The notes below the pieces were generated by a model that had not been told where the DNA came from, made no database searches, and saw nothing but the letters and a program-made list of their open reading frames with translations. Source: an uncultured Candidatus Saccharibacteria bacterium (GTDB taxonomy: Bacteria > Patescibacteriota > Minisyncoccia > Phycocordibacterales > UBA918). Taken from it: a DNA stretch of 64,000 nt. The DNA lies in the NCBI GenBank assembly GCA_964402035.1, contig CAYOAM010000001.1:24261-88260 (forward strand), given 5' to 3'. A program made the translations under genes and the position numbers. This document shows, piece after piece, positions 1-10,000 of this stretch; the first letter of the stretch is position 1, and each line of letters begins with the position of its first letter.

Positions 1-336
1 TTCTATATCAGATTGTGTGATTTCTGAATCGGCTCGTGACGTGATCACTTCGCCGTGTGAGTGAATCTCATCAAGACCAATACCACCGATCGAAAGAAAG
101 GCTCGATGGATGGGTGCGCCAGCGGCTTTTTCAGCCTGTGATACTGCCGATCGTATACTCTTGATGACATCGGTTTCGTTGATGATGTAGCCATGACGAA
201 GACCGCGGGATTCGGCAAAACCGGTACCCACGATCTGGGGGAGCATCTTTGCTTCATTTCGTTTTGGTACACGAACGACCACTACTTTTACTTGGTAGGT
301 ACCAACGTCAATACCTGTGATGAGTCGCTCAGTCAT
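1..336 (-). CDS. ftsA: Cell division protein FtsA (5' part; runs off window start)
   Basis: Manual translation from ATG at 336: MTERLITGIDVGTYQVKVVV...IVGTGFAESRGLRHGYIIN...AVSQAEKAAG; the GIDxGT and G(L)xxG motifs of FtsA. Not in the ORF track. Confidence 0.92.
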   Translation of the reverse strand, partial: MTERLITGIDVGTYQVKVVVVRVPKRNEAKMLPQIVGTGFAESRGLRHGYIINETDVIKSIRSAVSQAEKAAGAPIHRAFLSIGGIGLDEIHSHGEVITSRADSEITQSDIE

Positions 337-366
337 AAGAACACGAGCGTCTAGTGAGTGGTGCGT

Positions 367-744
367 TTAACCTAAACCGTACCGCTTTACATAGCGTAAC
401 TCGAGCTTCTCCATTGTATCGCTATGTGCGTGTCCTACCAAATGAAGTAATCCGTGGATAAATAGGTACCCAATGAATCCTTCGGTAGTCATGTGAAATT
501 TTGGCGCTTCTTTTGCAGCCTGTCGTGGGTTTATATATATTTCTCCCGTATTCTTATCGAGCGGAAAACTTAGAACATTTGGAATATATGTTTTATTCCG
601 ATACGTCTTATTGAGCGCGCGACTACGACGGTCGCCAACAAACACGAGTGAAAGATCATACTCTTTTCCCATGATATCAATCAAAATCCGCGCGAATGGT
701 ACGCGCGGTTTTGTTCGTGAGGTGTATTGAATAGTGATGGACAT
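367..744 (-). CDS. ybeY: rRNA maturation endoribonuclease YbeY
   Basis: LNKTYR..NVLSF..GEIYI and HGLLHLVGHAH (H3xH5xH) motifs. Confidence 0.92.
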   Translation of the reverse strand: MSITIQYTSRTKPRVPFARILIDIMGKEYDLSLVFVGDRRSRALNKTYRNKTYIPNVLSFPLDKNTGEIYINPRQAAKEAPKFHMTTEGFIGYLFIHGLLHLVGHAHSDTMEKLELRYVKRYGLG

Positions 745-760
745 TGCGCAGGGCTACCTA

Positions 761-1003
761 CTACTTGCGCACCGGTCGCTCTGGAATCTTACCGAGCTTC
801 ACATTTTCATCGTAGATCTCTTTGCGTTTGAGTGAACGAAGTTTTGCTTTCCGGTCAGAATTTTTTGACTTTATTCGCTCGTAGTATCTGCCGTTGCGCA
901 CCTTAGGAATAATACCCGCGTTCTGAAGACGCTTGGTAAAACGACGCACTAAGTTAGAAGTGCTCTCGTTTTGATTTTTGATTACTTCAATATTGATGGC
1001 CAT
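761..1003 (-). CDS. rpsU: 30S ribosomal protein S21 (CPR-type)
   Basis: IEV.K..NES...LVRRFTKR...G pattern, small basic protein, upstream of ybeY. Confidence 0.8.
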   Translation of the reverse strand: MAINIEVIKNQNESTSNLVRRFTKRLQNAGIIPKVRNGRYYERIKSKNSDRKAKLRSLKRKEIYDENVKLGKIPERPVRK

Positions 1004-1084
1004 GTGGGGATGAATATACCATGGGTAATATCGCTTCGCAACTGAGCCTCTTTGTATGAATCGTGGGGCGCTAGATGCGCATTC

Positions 1085-1158
1085 GTAAAACTGGACAGAG
1101 TATTTGTAAAAGCAACCCCAGTCCGTGAGCCCTTTTACAAATACTCTATCCGGTTTAC
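1085..1158. repeat. Long imperfect inverted repeat between the HisRS-like gene and rpsU
   Basis: Arms 1085-1112 and 1132-1158, with a perfect 16-bp core agagtatttgtaaaag/cttttacaaatactct. Confidence 0.75.
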
Positions 1159-1170
1159 CCCCTATAAAAA

Positions 1171-2361
1171 TTAGGCGTGGGCTGTTTTTCGGAGGTATGA
1201 GACCAAATTTGAGAGCGGGACATTCTCTTGTGAAGAGGAGCGCATATCGCGGACAATGACTGAATTTTCAACAAATTCCTTTTGTCCTAGTATGACCGTG
1301 AGCGGTACGTTGTGCCTTCGCGCTTGTTCAAGTTGTGCTGTAAGAGAGTCTGAGGAGAGCGATTGATAGACAGGTATAGCGGCTCTCTTGAGCTCTTCGA
1401 TGAGCGCAAGAGATCGCAGTTTTGGCCCAAAGCCCAGTTGTACAATATATACGAGCGGTGTCTCTCCTTTGTGTCGTGGGACACGAGCGGGCATAGGATG
1501 ATCTTTGAAGGTAACGACCGCACCGACTGCAGGGAGGTTCTTTTTTGTTGCGTGGTAGATAAATTCATCATACCGTCCACCGCGGACTGAAACATTGCTC
1601 TCTTCGGTGCGATCCGCATCTATATATGAGTCAATCGCAAATAGTGTTTGAGAGTAGCACTGATGGTGACCCAAAAGACGTGAGTCAATTTCGTAGGGAG
1701 TATTACTAAAATCAAGGTACTCTATAATCTCACGAAAATGTTTTCGACTCGTTTCATTTAGATATTCAAGAGAGCTGGGGCTTTTGGTACCAAGTTCGTG
1801 TCCGCGCTCGATAAGGTGCGCAAGGGCATACAGCACATGTTCTTTCATGAGTTCACGCGCCTGACCAGGCATGATGTCGAGCCTTTTCTTGAGGTAGTTG
1901 CCTAGTTCACGGCTATAGCGTGTCAAGGATTCACGATCGCCGAGCGAATTGATCCGCATCGAATGCTCGGTGAGGTTGAGATCATGGAGCAGTGAATGCA
2001 GTGTATGTATGAGCAGCGATTCCGCGATACTTTTTTCTACCCCCAATATTTGGAGCGACAATGCGATGTCTCCGGTGCGCGGTGTTTCTTCGATCGAATA
2101 AAAAAGCGCTGGTTCTCCCAGTCCATGAAAATTATGCTCCAGGTAGGCACATGCGCCACTCGTGAGTAGGCCCTGCAAAGCATCAAGTCGTCTTTGTGCA
2201 ACGAGGATCCGTGGTCCATCCGTCGTGCTCGCATTTTTGCATCGAGTGTCGTCTTTTACGTCTTCAAGTGGGCGAAAGCCAAAGTGGTGAGCGGTGTGTG
2301 TGGCTGCTTTGATAAAGTCAGTCGTCGTCGTCTCTCCTTTTTGTGCTGTCGCGGTGCTCAT
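1171..2361 (-). CDS. Histidyl-tRNA synthetase-like paralog (degenerate catalytic motifs, intact anticodon-binding domain)
   Basis: INSLGD, GGRYD, PAVG and C-terminal LTAQL..A...ILGQKE...VIVRDM; class II motif 2 (FRxE..Q.GR) not recognisable. Confidence 0.8.
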   Translation of the reverse strand: MSTATAQKGETTTTDFIKAATHTAHHFGFRPLEDVKDDTRCKNASTTDGPRILVAQRRLDALQGLLTSGACAYLEHNFHGLGEPALFYSIEETPRTGDIALSLQILGVEKSIAESLLIHTLHSLLHDLNLTEHSMRINSLGDRESLTRYSRELGNYLKKRLDIMPGQARELMKEHVLYALAHLIERGHELGTKSPSSLEYLNETSRKHFREIIEYLDFSNTPYEIDSRLLGHHQCYSQTLFAIDSYIDADRTEESNVSVRGGRYDEFIYHATKKNLPAVGAVVTFKDHPMPARVPRHKGETPLVYIVQLGFGPKLRSLALIEELKRAAIPVYQSLSSDSLTAQLEQARRHNVPLTVILGQKEFVENSVIVRDMRSSSQENVPLSNLVSYLRKTAHA

Positions 2362-2373
2362 TGTGTTGTTGTG

Positions 2374-3000
2374 TTAATTGTTGGTGGTAACGGTGCCTGG
2401 GAAAAAACTTGCTGAGGCTACGGGCAGTAGCCGCACTAGTGTCCTTCCAATAATCATATTGTCGCGTAACACTCCCCAGACCCGTGAGTCGGAGCTTGCA
2501 TTACGGTTGTCGCCCATGACGAAATATTCGTGCTCACCTAGCGTCTCCGTAATGAGACCATCTGGACGCATGTCCGCGATATAGGGCTCATCGAGCACAA
2601 ATCCATCCGGATGTTGTTCGTTTTTGATTGACACGGTGTTTCCCTGGATAGAGAGTGTGTCACCAGGAACACCGATGATGCGTTTTATAAAGAATTTTGA
2701 TGGGTCTTTAGGATATTTGAATACGATGACTTCACCGCGCTTTGGGTCATTGAAGTGATAGGTGAGCTGGTCGACGATCAAATATTGCCCGGTCCTAAAT
2801 GTGGGATCCATAGACGCACCCTGCACAATAAACGGTTGTGCAACAAACATGCGAATGGGCACCACAATGAGTAGTGCAACAAAGGTAAAGCGCAGTATTT
2901 CAATCAAAAAATTCTCTTCTTTTTTTGCAGGCGGCGTAGTCGGCGTGACAGGAGGAGTGTATGGTGTTTGTGGAGTAGGCGCTGTTGAAATAGGCTCCAT
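2374..3000 (-). CDS. lepB: Signal peptidase I
   Basis: GASMDPT (catalytic Ser), FIKRIIG (Lys), GDNRNASSDSR. Confidence 0.95.
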   Translation of the reverse strand: MEPISTAPTPQTPYTPPVTPTTPPAKKEENFLIEILRFTFVALLIVVPIRMFVAQPFIVQGASMDPTFRTGQYLIVDQLTYHFNDPKRGEVIVFKYPKDPSKFFIKRIIGVPGDTLSIQGNTVSIKNEQHPDGFVLDEPYIADMRPDGLITETLGEHEYFVMGDNRNASSDSRVWGVLRDNMIIGRTLVRLLPVASASFFPGTVTTNN

Positions 3001-3076
3001 AAAATAATTCAAGCGTCATTATATCCGCGAAAAGTGTTTGACACAAGCGTCATGCATGCGACACAATGACGACACT

Positions 3077-3658
3077 ATGTATATCATCTCTGGATTAGGA
3101 AATATGGGTAAGGAATATGTTGGCACGCGTCACAATATTGGTCGCACTATGGTGATGTCGTGGGTCATTGCACAGCACGGCGAGCTCGTCGCCGCAAAAC
3201 GATATTCTGGTTTGCTGTGGGAAGGTAGTGTCGGTGGAGAAACGGTGCGTGCGTTCGTTCCTGAATGCTATATGAATCAATCAGGAGGTCCTATTGGGAA
3301 AATTGTGACGAGTAAAAAGCAAGCAGCTACGCTCATGGTGGTGCATGATGATCTTGATCTACCGTTGGGTACGGTACGTGTCGCATTTGCACGTGGGGCA
3401 GGCGGTCATAATGGCGTGGCTTCAATTATAAAGTCTCTCAAGACTGATGCGTTTGTACGTATTCGCGTCGGTATTAGTCCTTCGGTGCGGGGGGTAATCA
3501 AAAAGCCAGTAGATGCAGATCACGTGCATGATTGGGTATTGGGCATGTTCTCAAAAAAAGAGCAGGGGATCCTCAAAGATGTTGAAAAAAAAGTGCACGC
3601 GTCACTTTCGCACATCGTCGAGAAGGGGGTAGAGTCTGCGATGAATACATATAATTAA
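3077..3658 (+). CDS. pth: Peptidyl-tRNA hydrolase
   Basis: GLGN..Y..TRHNIG, YMNQSG, HDDLD, GGHNG. Confidence 0.95.
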   Translation: MYIISGLGNMGKEYVGTRHNIGRTMVMSWVIAQHGELVAAKRYSGLLWEGSVGGETVRAFVPECYMNQSGGPIGKIVTSKKQAATLMVVHDDLDLPLGTVRVAFARGAGGHNGVASIIKSLKTDAFVRIRVGISPSVRGVIKKPVDADHVHDWVLGMFSKKEQGILKDVEKKVHASLSHIVEKGVESAMNTYN

Positions 3659-3679
3659 AAAAGCAGCATGACACTATGG

Positions 3680-4096
3680 TCACGCTGCAGCTCCGTAGAT
3701 CGCGTCCTGGTAGATATTGCGGAGGGTCCGCAAAAGCGTGCAGGCAACATCATATGGGGTCACCTCATGATTTCTAATGATCAAGATGATGCCACGCCAG
3801 TTTGGGTATCTACGCCTGTGATCTTCTGCTCCTTTCCATGACGATTTGACCTGGATTCTAATGTCTCCGCGGTCCGTATGTGCCCAACCGTCGGTACCTC
3901 GTCTGTCCTCTGAATGGTTCGATACGGCCAAAGCGTGGAGCCAGAATGGCCGGTTTTGATAACTGTTCAAGAGAAGCGCTGCATCTTGAAACAGTGCTTC
4001 GGAATACCTCCCACGTGCATCTCGCACCTCTCGTTCACGGAGGTACGCAGTAACCTCCGCAAACTTTTTGCTGGGCTGCTTCAATTTTCGTCGCAT
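3680..4096 (-). CDS. Hypothetical protein, possible PD-(D/E)XK nuclease fold
   Basis: DRRGTD...IQVKSS resembles a D-x(n)-QxK active site; SD aggagg upstream. Confidence 0.5.
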   Translation of the reverse strand: MRRKLKQPSKKFAEVTAYLREREVRDARGRYSEALFQDAALLLNSYQNRPFWLHALAVSNHSEDRRGTDGWAHTDRGDIRIQVKSSWKGAEDHRRRYPNWRGIILIIRNHEVTPYDVACTLLRTLRNIYQDAIYGAAA

Positions 4097-4140
4097 TGCT
4101 GCACCTCCTTTCTGACATCGTTATAACACGTTTTTGAAAA

Positions 4141-4178
4141 AAAGAAATACCGCGGCCTATCGGCCGCGGTATTTCTTT
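4141..4178. terminator. Intrinsic terminator after rpsA
   Basis: aaagaaataccgcggcc-tatc-ggccgcggtatttcttt perfect stem, with an A-run on the + strand (U-run in the rpsA transcript). Confidence 0.85.
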
Positions 4179-4188
4179 GTGTTCTCTT

Positions 4189-5310
4189 CTATTTCACATC
4201 TTTCGTCGAGAGTGTCATGCGGTGCTCTTTTGGTTCAAAGAGGGTGATCTTGAATCGGTATTTCTTGCCGAGTTCAAGTGCGTTGCGGAGTTCGGTTTCG
4301 CTTGTAAATTCAGAAATGTGTACGAGACCTGCAACACCTTCTTCGATTGATACCAGTGCACCGTGCTTGTTGTACTTGATGACCACACCGTCCACGGTTT
4401 GATCTTTCTTGTACTTTGAAGCAGCGAGTACCCATGGGTTTTCACGAAGCTGTTTAATCGAGAGTGAGATCTTGTCGTCTTTAACTTCGATGACTTTGAC
4501 ACGGACTTTGTCGCCAACCTTAAAGAGTGAACGAGTGTTTTCAACAAGTCCCCAGTCGATTTCAGAAATGTGTACGAGCCCTTCGAGTCCTTCTTCAAGT
4601 TTTACAAAGATTCCAAAATCAACAGCGCCGGTTACTTCTCCCTGAAGGGTATCGCCGACATTGTACTTGCTTACCTTTACCTCCTTCTCTTCTTTTTCCT
4701 GTGGACCCTTTTCAGAGAAGATCAGTTTACCTTCCTTTTGGTCGGCAGTGATAATGATCACATGGAGATGAGTGCCCACGAGAAGCTGCAGCTCAGAAAG
4801 AATCTTGTCTTTGTCTCCATCCTCGACACGTGGATAGTGCTCAGCCGCAAGTTGAGATGCCGGAAGGAATCCTGATACACCTTGCCAGTCGATGATGAGT
4901 CCACCCTTGTTTGCTTCTTTGACGACGAGGTCAAAGCCTTTCTTTTGCTTGACCGCCTCGTCAGCTTCACTCCAGATCAATGCTTGTCGCGCTTCCTTGA
5001 GAGAAAGTTCAATGTACCCATCCTTGTTTTTTGTTGTGACTACCTTCGCTGCAATGATGTCGCCCACGTTGACCTTGCGGAGGACGTCACGTGCATTCAT
5101 GTACTCACGTCCATAGATAAGACCCGTACCAAATGGTGGTAGGTCGACATATACGCGAGCGCGACCAATGGCTGCTACGGTTCCTTCAATAAGCTCACCG
5201 TCATTTGGTGGCATCGGTGTACCTTCAACAAAAGCGTCCATCATGTGGACGGGTTTCGGAGCCTCTACTTCATCATCAATAACCTCGGGGACCGTTTTAG
5301 TATCGGACAT
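4189..5310 (-). CDS. rpsA: 30S ribosomal protein S1 (4 S1 domains)
   Basis: Repeated S1 motifs FGIFV..GLEGLVHISE, GVAGLVHISE, GFLPASQL. Confidence 0.92.
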   Translation of the reverse strand: MSDTKTVPEVIDDEVEAPKPVHMMDAFVEGTPMPPNDGELIEGTVAAIGRARVYVDLPPFGTGLIYGREYMNARDVLRKVNVGDIIAAKVVTTKNKDGYIELSLKEARQALIWSEADEAVKQKKGFDLVVKEANKGGLIIDWQGVSGFLPASQLAAEHYPRVEDGDKDKILSELQLLVGTHLHVIIITADQKEGKLIFSEKGPQEKEEKEVKVSKYNVGDTLQGEVTGAVDFGIFVKLEEGLEGLVHISEIDWGLVENTRSLFKVGDKVRVKVIEVKDDKISLSIKQLRENPWVLAASKYKKDQTVDGVVIKYNKHGALVSIEEGVAGLVHISEFTSETELRNALELGKKYRFKITLFEPKEHRMTLSTKDVK

Positions 5311-5533
5311 TATATATATGAGCAAGATATCGTTCCGCACCCCCGTGTCTCATGGCCGTATTCTCGGGCTCGGGATTAGCGACATCTTCTCGGGAACTAA
5401 TAATTAATTAACGGCACGAGTGTACCACTAAAAAAAAGTCTTGTCGAATCGCCGTTGAGCCCTCCATTTGTTGCAAAATATCTCACAGGGTATTCATGAC
5501 AGAGATGTTTAAATCGGGTATAGTATGCACACT

Positions 5534-6169
5534 ATGGTTATTACATATCACGGCTTGGAGTGTTTCAAAGTTTCGTTTGGCGATTTGACGCTTGCATTTA
5601 ATCCATTTTCTCGAGAGTCGGCAAAAAAGAATGGCCTCAAGGAGGTAAAATTTGGCGCTGACATTGTTTTTGTTACCACTAAACATCCTGATTTCAATAG
5701 TGTTGAACAGGTGACGTATGGCGAAAAAGTACCGTTTGTTGTTTCCGGTCCGGGTGAGTATGAGGTTGGGGATCTCAAGATTCGCGGTTTTGGTGTTCCA
5801 GTTAGGTACGACGGTGAGGACAGATTTAATACGGTGTATCAAGTTACGCTTGAGGGAGCCAATTTGCTCTTTCTTGGTGCTCTCTCGGATGGAAAACTCG
5901 ATTCATCGATTTTAGGTGCACTTGGGGAAATCGATATTATGTTTGTGCCGGTCGGGGGTGGGGAGGTTTTAGATGGTGCGATGGCGTCAGCGCTCGGTGT
6001 GAAACTTGAGGCGCGACTTGTGATTCCTATGCATTATGAAAATGACACCCTGAAAGCTTTTCTTAAGGAAGAAGGAGCGGATGGAAAAGCTCAAGATAAA
6101 TTGACGGTCAAGAAAAAAGATCTGTCGCTCATGGAAGGTGAAATCGCTGTCTTGACGACCGAACGCTAA
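5534..6169 (+). CDS. MBL-fold metallo-hydrolase (Lactamase_B_3-like, degenerate metal motif)
   Basis: ITYHG..CF, GPGEYEV, PVGG, IPMHY; HxHxDH is reduced to TKHPDF. Confidence 0.8.
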   Translation: MVITYHGLECFKVSFGDLTLAFNPFSRESAKKNGLKEVKFGADIVFVTTKHPDFNSVEQVTYGEKVPFVVSGPGEYEVGDLKIRGFGVPVRYDGEDRFNTVYQVTLEGANLLFLGALSDGKLDSSILGALGEIDIMFVPVGGGEVLDGAMASALGVKLEARLVIPMHYENDTLKAFLKEEGADGKAQDKLTVKKKDLSLMEGEIAVLTTER

Positions 6170-6252
6170 TAACATGCTACGTGACTTGGAGCTTTGCCTC
6201 CAAGAGAAGTGCGATCGTTTGCAATATGCTGATGGTATAATTGCCGTTATCT

Positions 6253-6717
6253 ATGATACTTGAATACATTGAGCACATGCGGACAAAACCGCGCGCCGCA
6301 CGCAGTCGATTTGCATTTATGGTTGCTGCCGGAGTTACGTCACTTATCGCGCTGTTATGGGTTTTTACATTACCGGCAAAGTTTTCTTCGATTAGCGCAG
6401 TGACGCAGCAGGTTGAAAGTGACAGAACAGATGACGTTGCTGCATTGGGCGAAGCAGTAGATACAGCCAAGAGTGGACTGCAAGAAATAATGAATATGGG
6501 TGAACTGATGCCGAGTGCAGATCCACAGGTTGGTAGTGTGGCGGGGGAGCCGATACAGGGTGAAGTGTCTCCAGTTGACCCTGCGGCATTGCAACCTTTT
6601 TCATTGAGTGAGTCAACAGATCCTGATACGACAGCGGAAGTCCTCGCAAGTGAGCCCGCAGCTGCACCATCGGAAACACCACGACCAAGTGCACATAGTG
6701 AAGAGATCGTCTTTTAA
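6253..6717 (+). CDS. Hypothetical single-pass membrane protein
   Basis: KP..R.R.A then a hydrophobic helix and an acidic/Pro-rich tail, upstream of gyrA. Confidence 0.7.
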   Translation: MILEYIEHMRTKPRAARSRFAFMVAAGVTSLIALLWVFTLPAKFSSISAVTQQVESDRTDDVAALGEAVDTAKSGLQEIMNMGELMPSADPQVGSVAGEPIQGEVSPVDPAALQPFSLSESTDPDTTAEVLASEPAAAPSETPRPSAHSEEIVF

Positions 6718-6757
6718 AATCAAGGCGCATTATGCTATGATGCCGCGTATCTAGACT

Positions 6758-9241
6758 ATGGCAAAAAAGGATAAAAACTTTGAAGATAAGGGTGTGCCAG
6801 CTGCTTTTGTGGAAACAAAAATGGTGGCACAAAATATTACCGACGAAATGCGTACGTCGTACCTTGACTACGCGATGTCGGTTATTACCCAGCGTGCGCT
6901 TCCTGATGTGCGTGATGGCTTAAAGCCGGTGCATCGTCGCATTCTCTATTCTATGCGCCTCAATGGCCTCACCGCCACTGCACGTTTTAAAAAGTCTGCA
7001 ACGGTTGTTGGAGATGTGCTCGGTAGCTTTCACCCACATGGTGACGTTGCCGTGTATGATGCAATGGTCAAACTTGCGCAAGATTTTACGACGCGCTACC
7101 CACTCATTTTAGGACAAGGAAACTTTGGATCAATCGATGGAGACTCGCCTGCTGCGTACCGCTATACGGAAGCAAAAATGTCACGACTTGCCGAAGAACT
7201 GCTTCGTGATCTTGAAAAAGAGACGGTCAACTGGCGCCCAAACTTTGACGGTACGAAGCGCGAGCCAGAAGTATTGCCCGCTGGTATTCCAAACCTGCTC
7301 CTTACGGGAACGTTGGGTATTGCGGTGGGTATGGCGACCAATATTCCGCCACACAACTTACGCGAGGTGGCGGATGCTACTGCACATCTTATTGATAATC
7401 CAAAAGCAACGACTGAAGATTTGTTGCAATTTGTGAAAGGTCCCGACTTTCCGATGGGAGGTATTGCTTTCAATCAAAAAGATATTGCACATGCGTACGC
7501 AAACGGTCGTGGGGGAGTTGTCGTGCGCGGTGAAGCGGAGATTGTGGAGGATAAAAAGGGAGCGTTTTCGATCATCATCACCTCGATTCCGTATCGTGTG
7601 AACAAGGCCGATATGCTTATGAAGATTGCAGACCTCGTGCGTGAAAAACGTATTGAGGGTATTCGAGATCTGCGTGATGAATCCACACGTGACATACGTG
7701 TGGTTGTTGAACTCAAAAATGGAGCGCAACCGCAGACAGTGCTAAATAAGCTCTATAAACACACGCAGCTCGAAGAAGCCTTTCATTACAACATGGTGGC
7801 ACTTGTCGACGGTATTCCTCAGACATTGTCTCTCAAGTCAATTTTGCAGTGCTACATTGCGCACCGTCAGGAAGTCATCCGTCGTCGCACCGAATTTGAT
7901 CTTCGGAAAGCAAAAGAGCGTGAGCATATTTTGCTCGGGCTCAAAAAAGCCCTCGATCATATCGATGAGATCATCAAGCTTATCCGTGCAGCAAAAGACG
8001 TACCGGCGGCACACGCAGCATTGATGCAGCGCTTCAAGTTTTCTGAACTTCAAGCGACCGCTATTCTTGATATGCGTTTGCAGAAGCTTGCCGGTCTTGA
8101 GCGCAAGAAGATTGAGGAAGAACTCAAAGAAGTGCAGGCACTGATCGAAGAGTTGCTTTCTATATTGAAAAGTGAAAAAAAGATGCTCACTATTATCAAA
8201 AAAGACCTGCTCGATATCGCCGAAAAATTTGGCGATGATCGCCGCACCAAGATTGTGAAAGGTGGGGTAAAAATGCTTAATCCTGAGGATTTGGTACCCG
8301 ACGAAGAGAGCGTGTTGGTGCTCACACAGGGCGGGTATGTAAAGCGCACCAATCCGTCTGAGTATCGTGCACAGCGTCGCGGTGGCGTGGGGGTTGTTGA
8401 TCTCAACACCAAGGAAGAGGATTTTGTCACCATGCTCCTCACGACTTCAACGCACAGTAATCTCCTGTTCTTTACGAATCGTGGAAAAGTATTTCAGACG
8501 AAGATGTACGAAATCCCTGAAGCAAAGCGTGCGACAAAAGGGAAGTCGATTATGAATTTCCTCTCGCTGACCGAAGCGGATCAAGTGACTTCGGTGAAGG
8601 CGGTACCAAAAGCACAAAATCATGCTGGACTCTCACTCATGATGGTCACGAGACAAGGTATTGCAAAAAAAGTTGCCGCGGAAAGTTTTAAAGATGTGCG
8701 CCAGAGTGGTCTTATTGCCATCTCACTACATGCCGACGATGCACTTATTGCGACACAGTTTGTAGAAAAGGGTGATGAGATGATGCTTGTGACATCGGGA
8801 GGACAGTCTATTCGTTTTAAAGAATCTGATATTCGTGAAATGGGCCGCGGCGCTGCGGGTGTTCGTGCGGTAAAGCTTGGAAAAAATGACTATGTGGTGG
8901 AGGCGCATATTGTGAAGAAGGACGAGAAGGATGCCACGATGCTGGTCGTTTCAGAAAATGGATACGGCAAGCGAACGCCACTCAAGGAATACAAAGTGCA
9001 AAAGCGCAGTGGTTCTGGTATCAAGACTGCAAAAGTGACGTCAAAGACGGGCAAGATTGTGGGGGGTCAGGTCTTGCATGCCGAAGATGTAGCGGAAGGG
9101 GAACTTGTGGTCATGAGCAAGAAAGGGCAGGTCATTCGACTTGCGCTCAAAGAAATCCCATCACTCGGCAGACAAACTCAGGGGGTACGGATTATGAAAT
9201 TGCGACCAGGGGACTCTATTGCTTCTGTGGTGTACTTCTAA
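6758..9241 (+). CDS. gyrA: DNA gyrase subunit A
   Basis: [28 protein letters not shown], GyrA box QRRGGVG. Confidence 0.98.
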   Translation: MAKKDKNFEDKGVPAAFVETKMVAQNITDEMRTSYLDYAMSVITQRALPDVRDGLKPVHRRILYSMRLNGLTATARFKKSATVVGDVLGSFHPHGDVAVYDAMVKLAQDFTTRYPLILGQGNFGSIDGDSPAAYRYTEAKMSRLAEELLRDLEKETVNWRPNFDGTKREPEVLPAGIPNLLLTGTLGIAVGMATNIPPHNLREVADATAHLIDNPKATTEDLLQFVKGPDFPMGGIAFNQKDIAHAYANGRGGVVVRGEAEIVEDKKGAFSIIITSIPYRVNKADMLMKIADLVREKRIEGIRDLRDESTRDIRVVVELKNGAQPQTVLNKLYKHTQLEEAFHYNMVALVDGIPQTLSLKSILQCYIAHRQEVIRRRTEFDLRKAKEREHILLGLKKALDHIDEIIKLIRAAKDVPAAHAALMQRFKFSELQATAILDMRLQKLAGLERKKIEEELKEVQALIEELLSILKSEKKMLTIIKKDLLDIAEKFGDDRRTKIVKGGVKMLNPEDLVPDEESVLVLTQGGYVKRTNPSEYRAQRRGGVGVVDLNTKEEDFVTMLLTTSTHSNLLFFTNRGKVFQTKMYEIPEAKRATKGKSIMNFLSLTEADQVTSVKAVPKAQNHAGLSLMMVTRQGIAKKVAAESFKDVRQSGLIAISLHADDALIATQFVEKGDEMMLVTSGGQSIRFKESDIREMGRGAAGVRAVKLGKNDYVVEAHIVKKDEKDATMLVVSENGYGKRTPLKEYKVQKRSGSGIKTAKVTSKTGKIVGGQVLHAEDVAEGELVVMSKKGQVIRLALKEIPSLGRQTQGVRIMKLRPGDSIASVVYF

Positions 9242-9244
9242 ATT

Positions 9245-9375
9245 GCGCATTCCGAAATCTCCAGCTGCTTCGTTGCTTTCCTCGCTCAAACACTCATCGA
9301 AAGGATTGCAGCATATGCTGCTGCCTCGTATCTTCGCTCGTCAGCGCCTTGCATCTGAAAATTTCTGAGATGCGC
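9245..9375. mobile_element. About 130-bp palindromic MITE-like element, copy 1
   Basis: Imperfect terminal inverted repeats gcgcattccgaaat...atttctgagatgcgc; the reverse complement aligns with 22028-22150. Confidence 0.65.
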
Positions 9376-9464
9376 GTCGTTGTGGAATAGTTTGTGTCAA
9401 ACCGCCAGTGCAGTTGTGTACAGCGCTGGCGGTTTTTTAGTCTTCAAACGCGTATAATGTCCCT

Positions 9465-9995
9465 ATGGCTTTTCTTTTGCCCGAAGTTGTGGCAACACAC
9501 TTTCATGTGCGTCCGGGTGACGTCGTTGCCGACCTTGGTGCAGGGAGCGGGCATTTTGCACGCATTCTTTCTCGACTCACGGGTGATAAGGGAAAAGTAT
9601 TTGCGGTTGAAATACAAAAACAGCTTGCAGAAACACTTGCAGGTATTGCACGCTCAGAGCGCCTCCTCAATGTCGATGTCGTGTGGGGAGATCTTGAGGC
9701 GCTCAATGGCACAAAAATTACGGATCACTCGGTTGATATTGCACTCCTCATTAATACTCTCTCAATGCTCGATGATAAGGCGACAGCAATTCAAGAAATG
9801 TCGCGCATACTGAAGGTTGGTGGCAAGGCGATCATTGTCGACTGGACTGATTCATTTGGTGGTTTGGGACCCCAACCGCATATGGTTGTAGGTGAAGCTG
9901 CTGCGCGAGCACTTTTCGAAGCACAGGGCTGTGTGTACGAGCGGTCATTTCCTGCGGGGGATCATCATTACGGTATTTCATTGAGAAAAACATAA
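9465..9995 (+). CDS. Class I SAM-dependent methyltransferase
   Basis: VADLGAGSG motif I, RILKVGG, IVDW. Confidence 0.9.
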   Translation: MAFLLPEVVATHFHVRPGDVVADLGAGSGHFARILSRLTGDKGKVFAVEIQKQLAETLAGIARSERLLNVDVVWGDLEALNGTKITDHSVDIALLINTLSMLDDKATAIQEMSRILKVGGKAIIVDWTDSFGGLGPQPHMVVGEAAARALFEAQGCVYERSFPAGDHHYGISLRKT

Positions 9996-10000
9996 TTTCT

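Noticed and set aside
45-272. 75-aa ORF, or a frameshift in ftsA
   Set aside because: Recounting shows ftsA is in frame from 336, so the 75-aa ORF is a shadow frame.
5325-5400. Possible structured rpsA leader (repeated cccgag)
   Set aside because: It is GC-rich and suggestive, but I could not define a convincing fold by eye.
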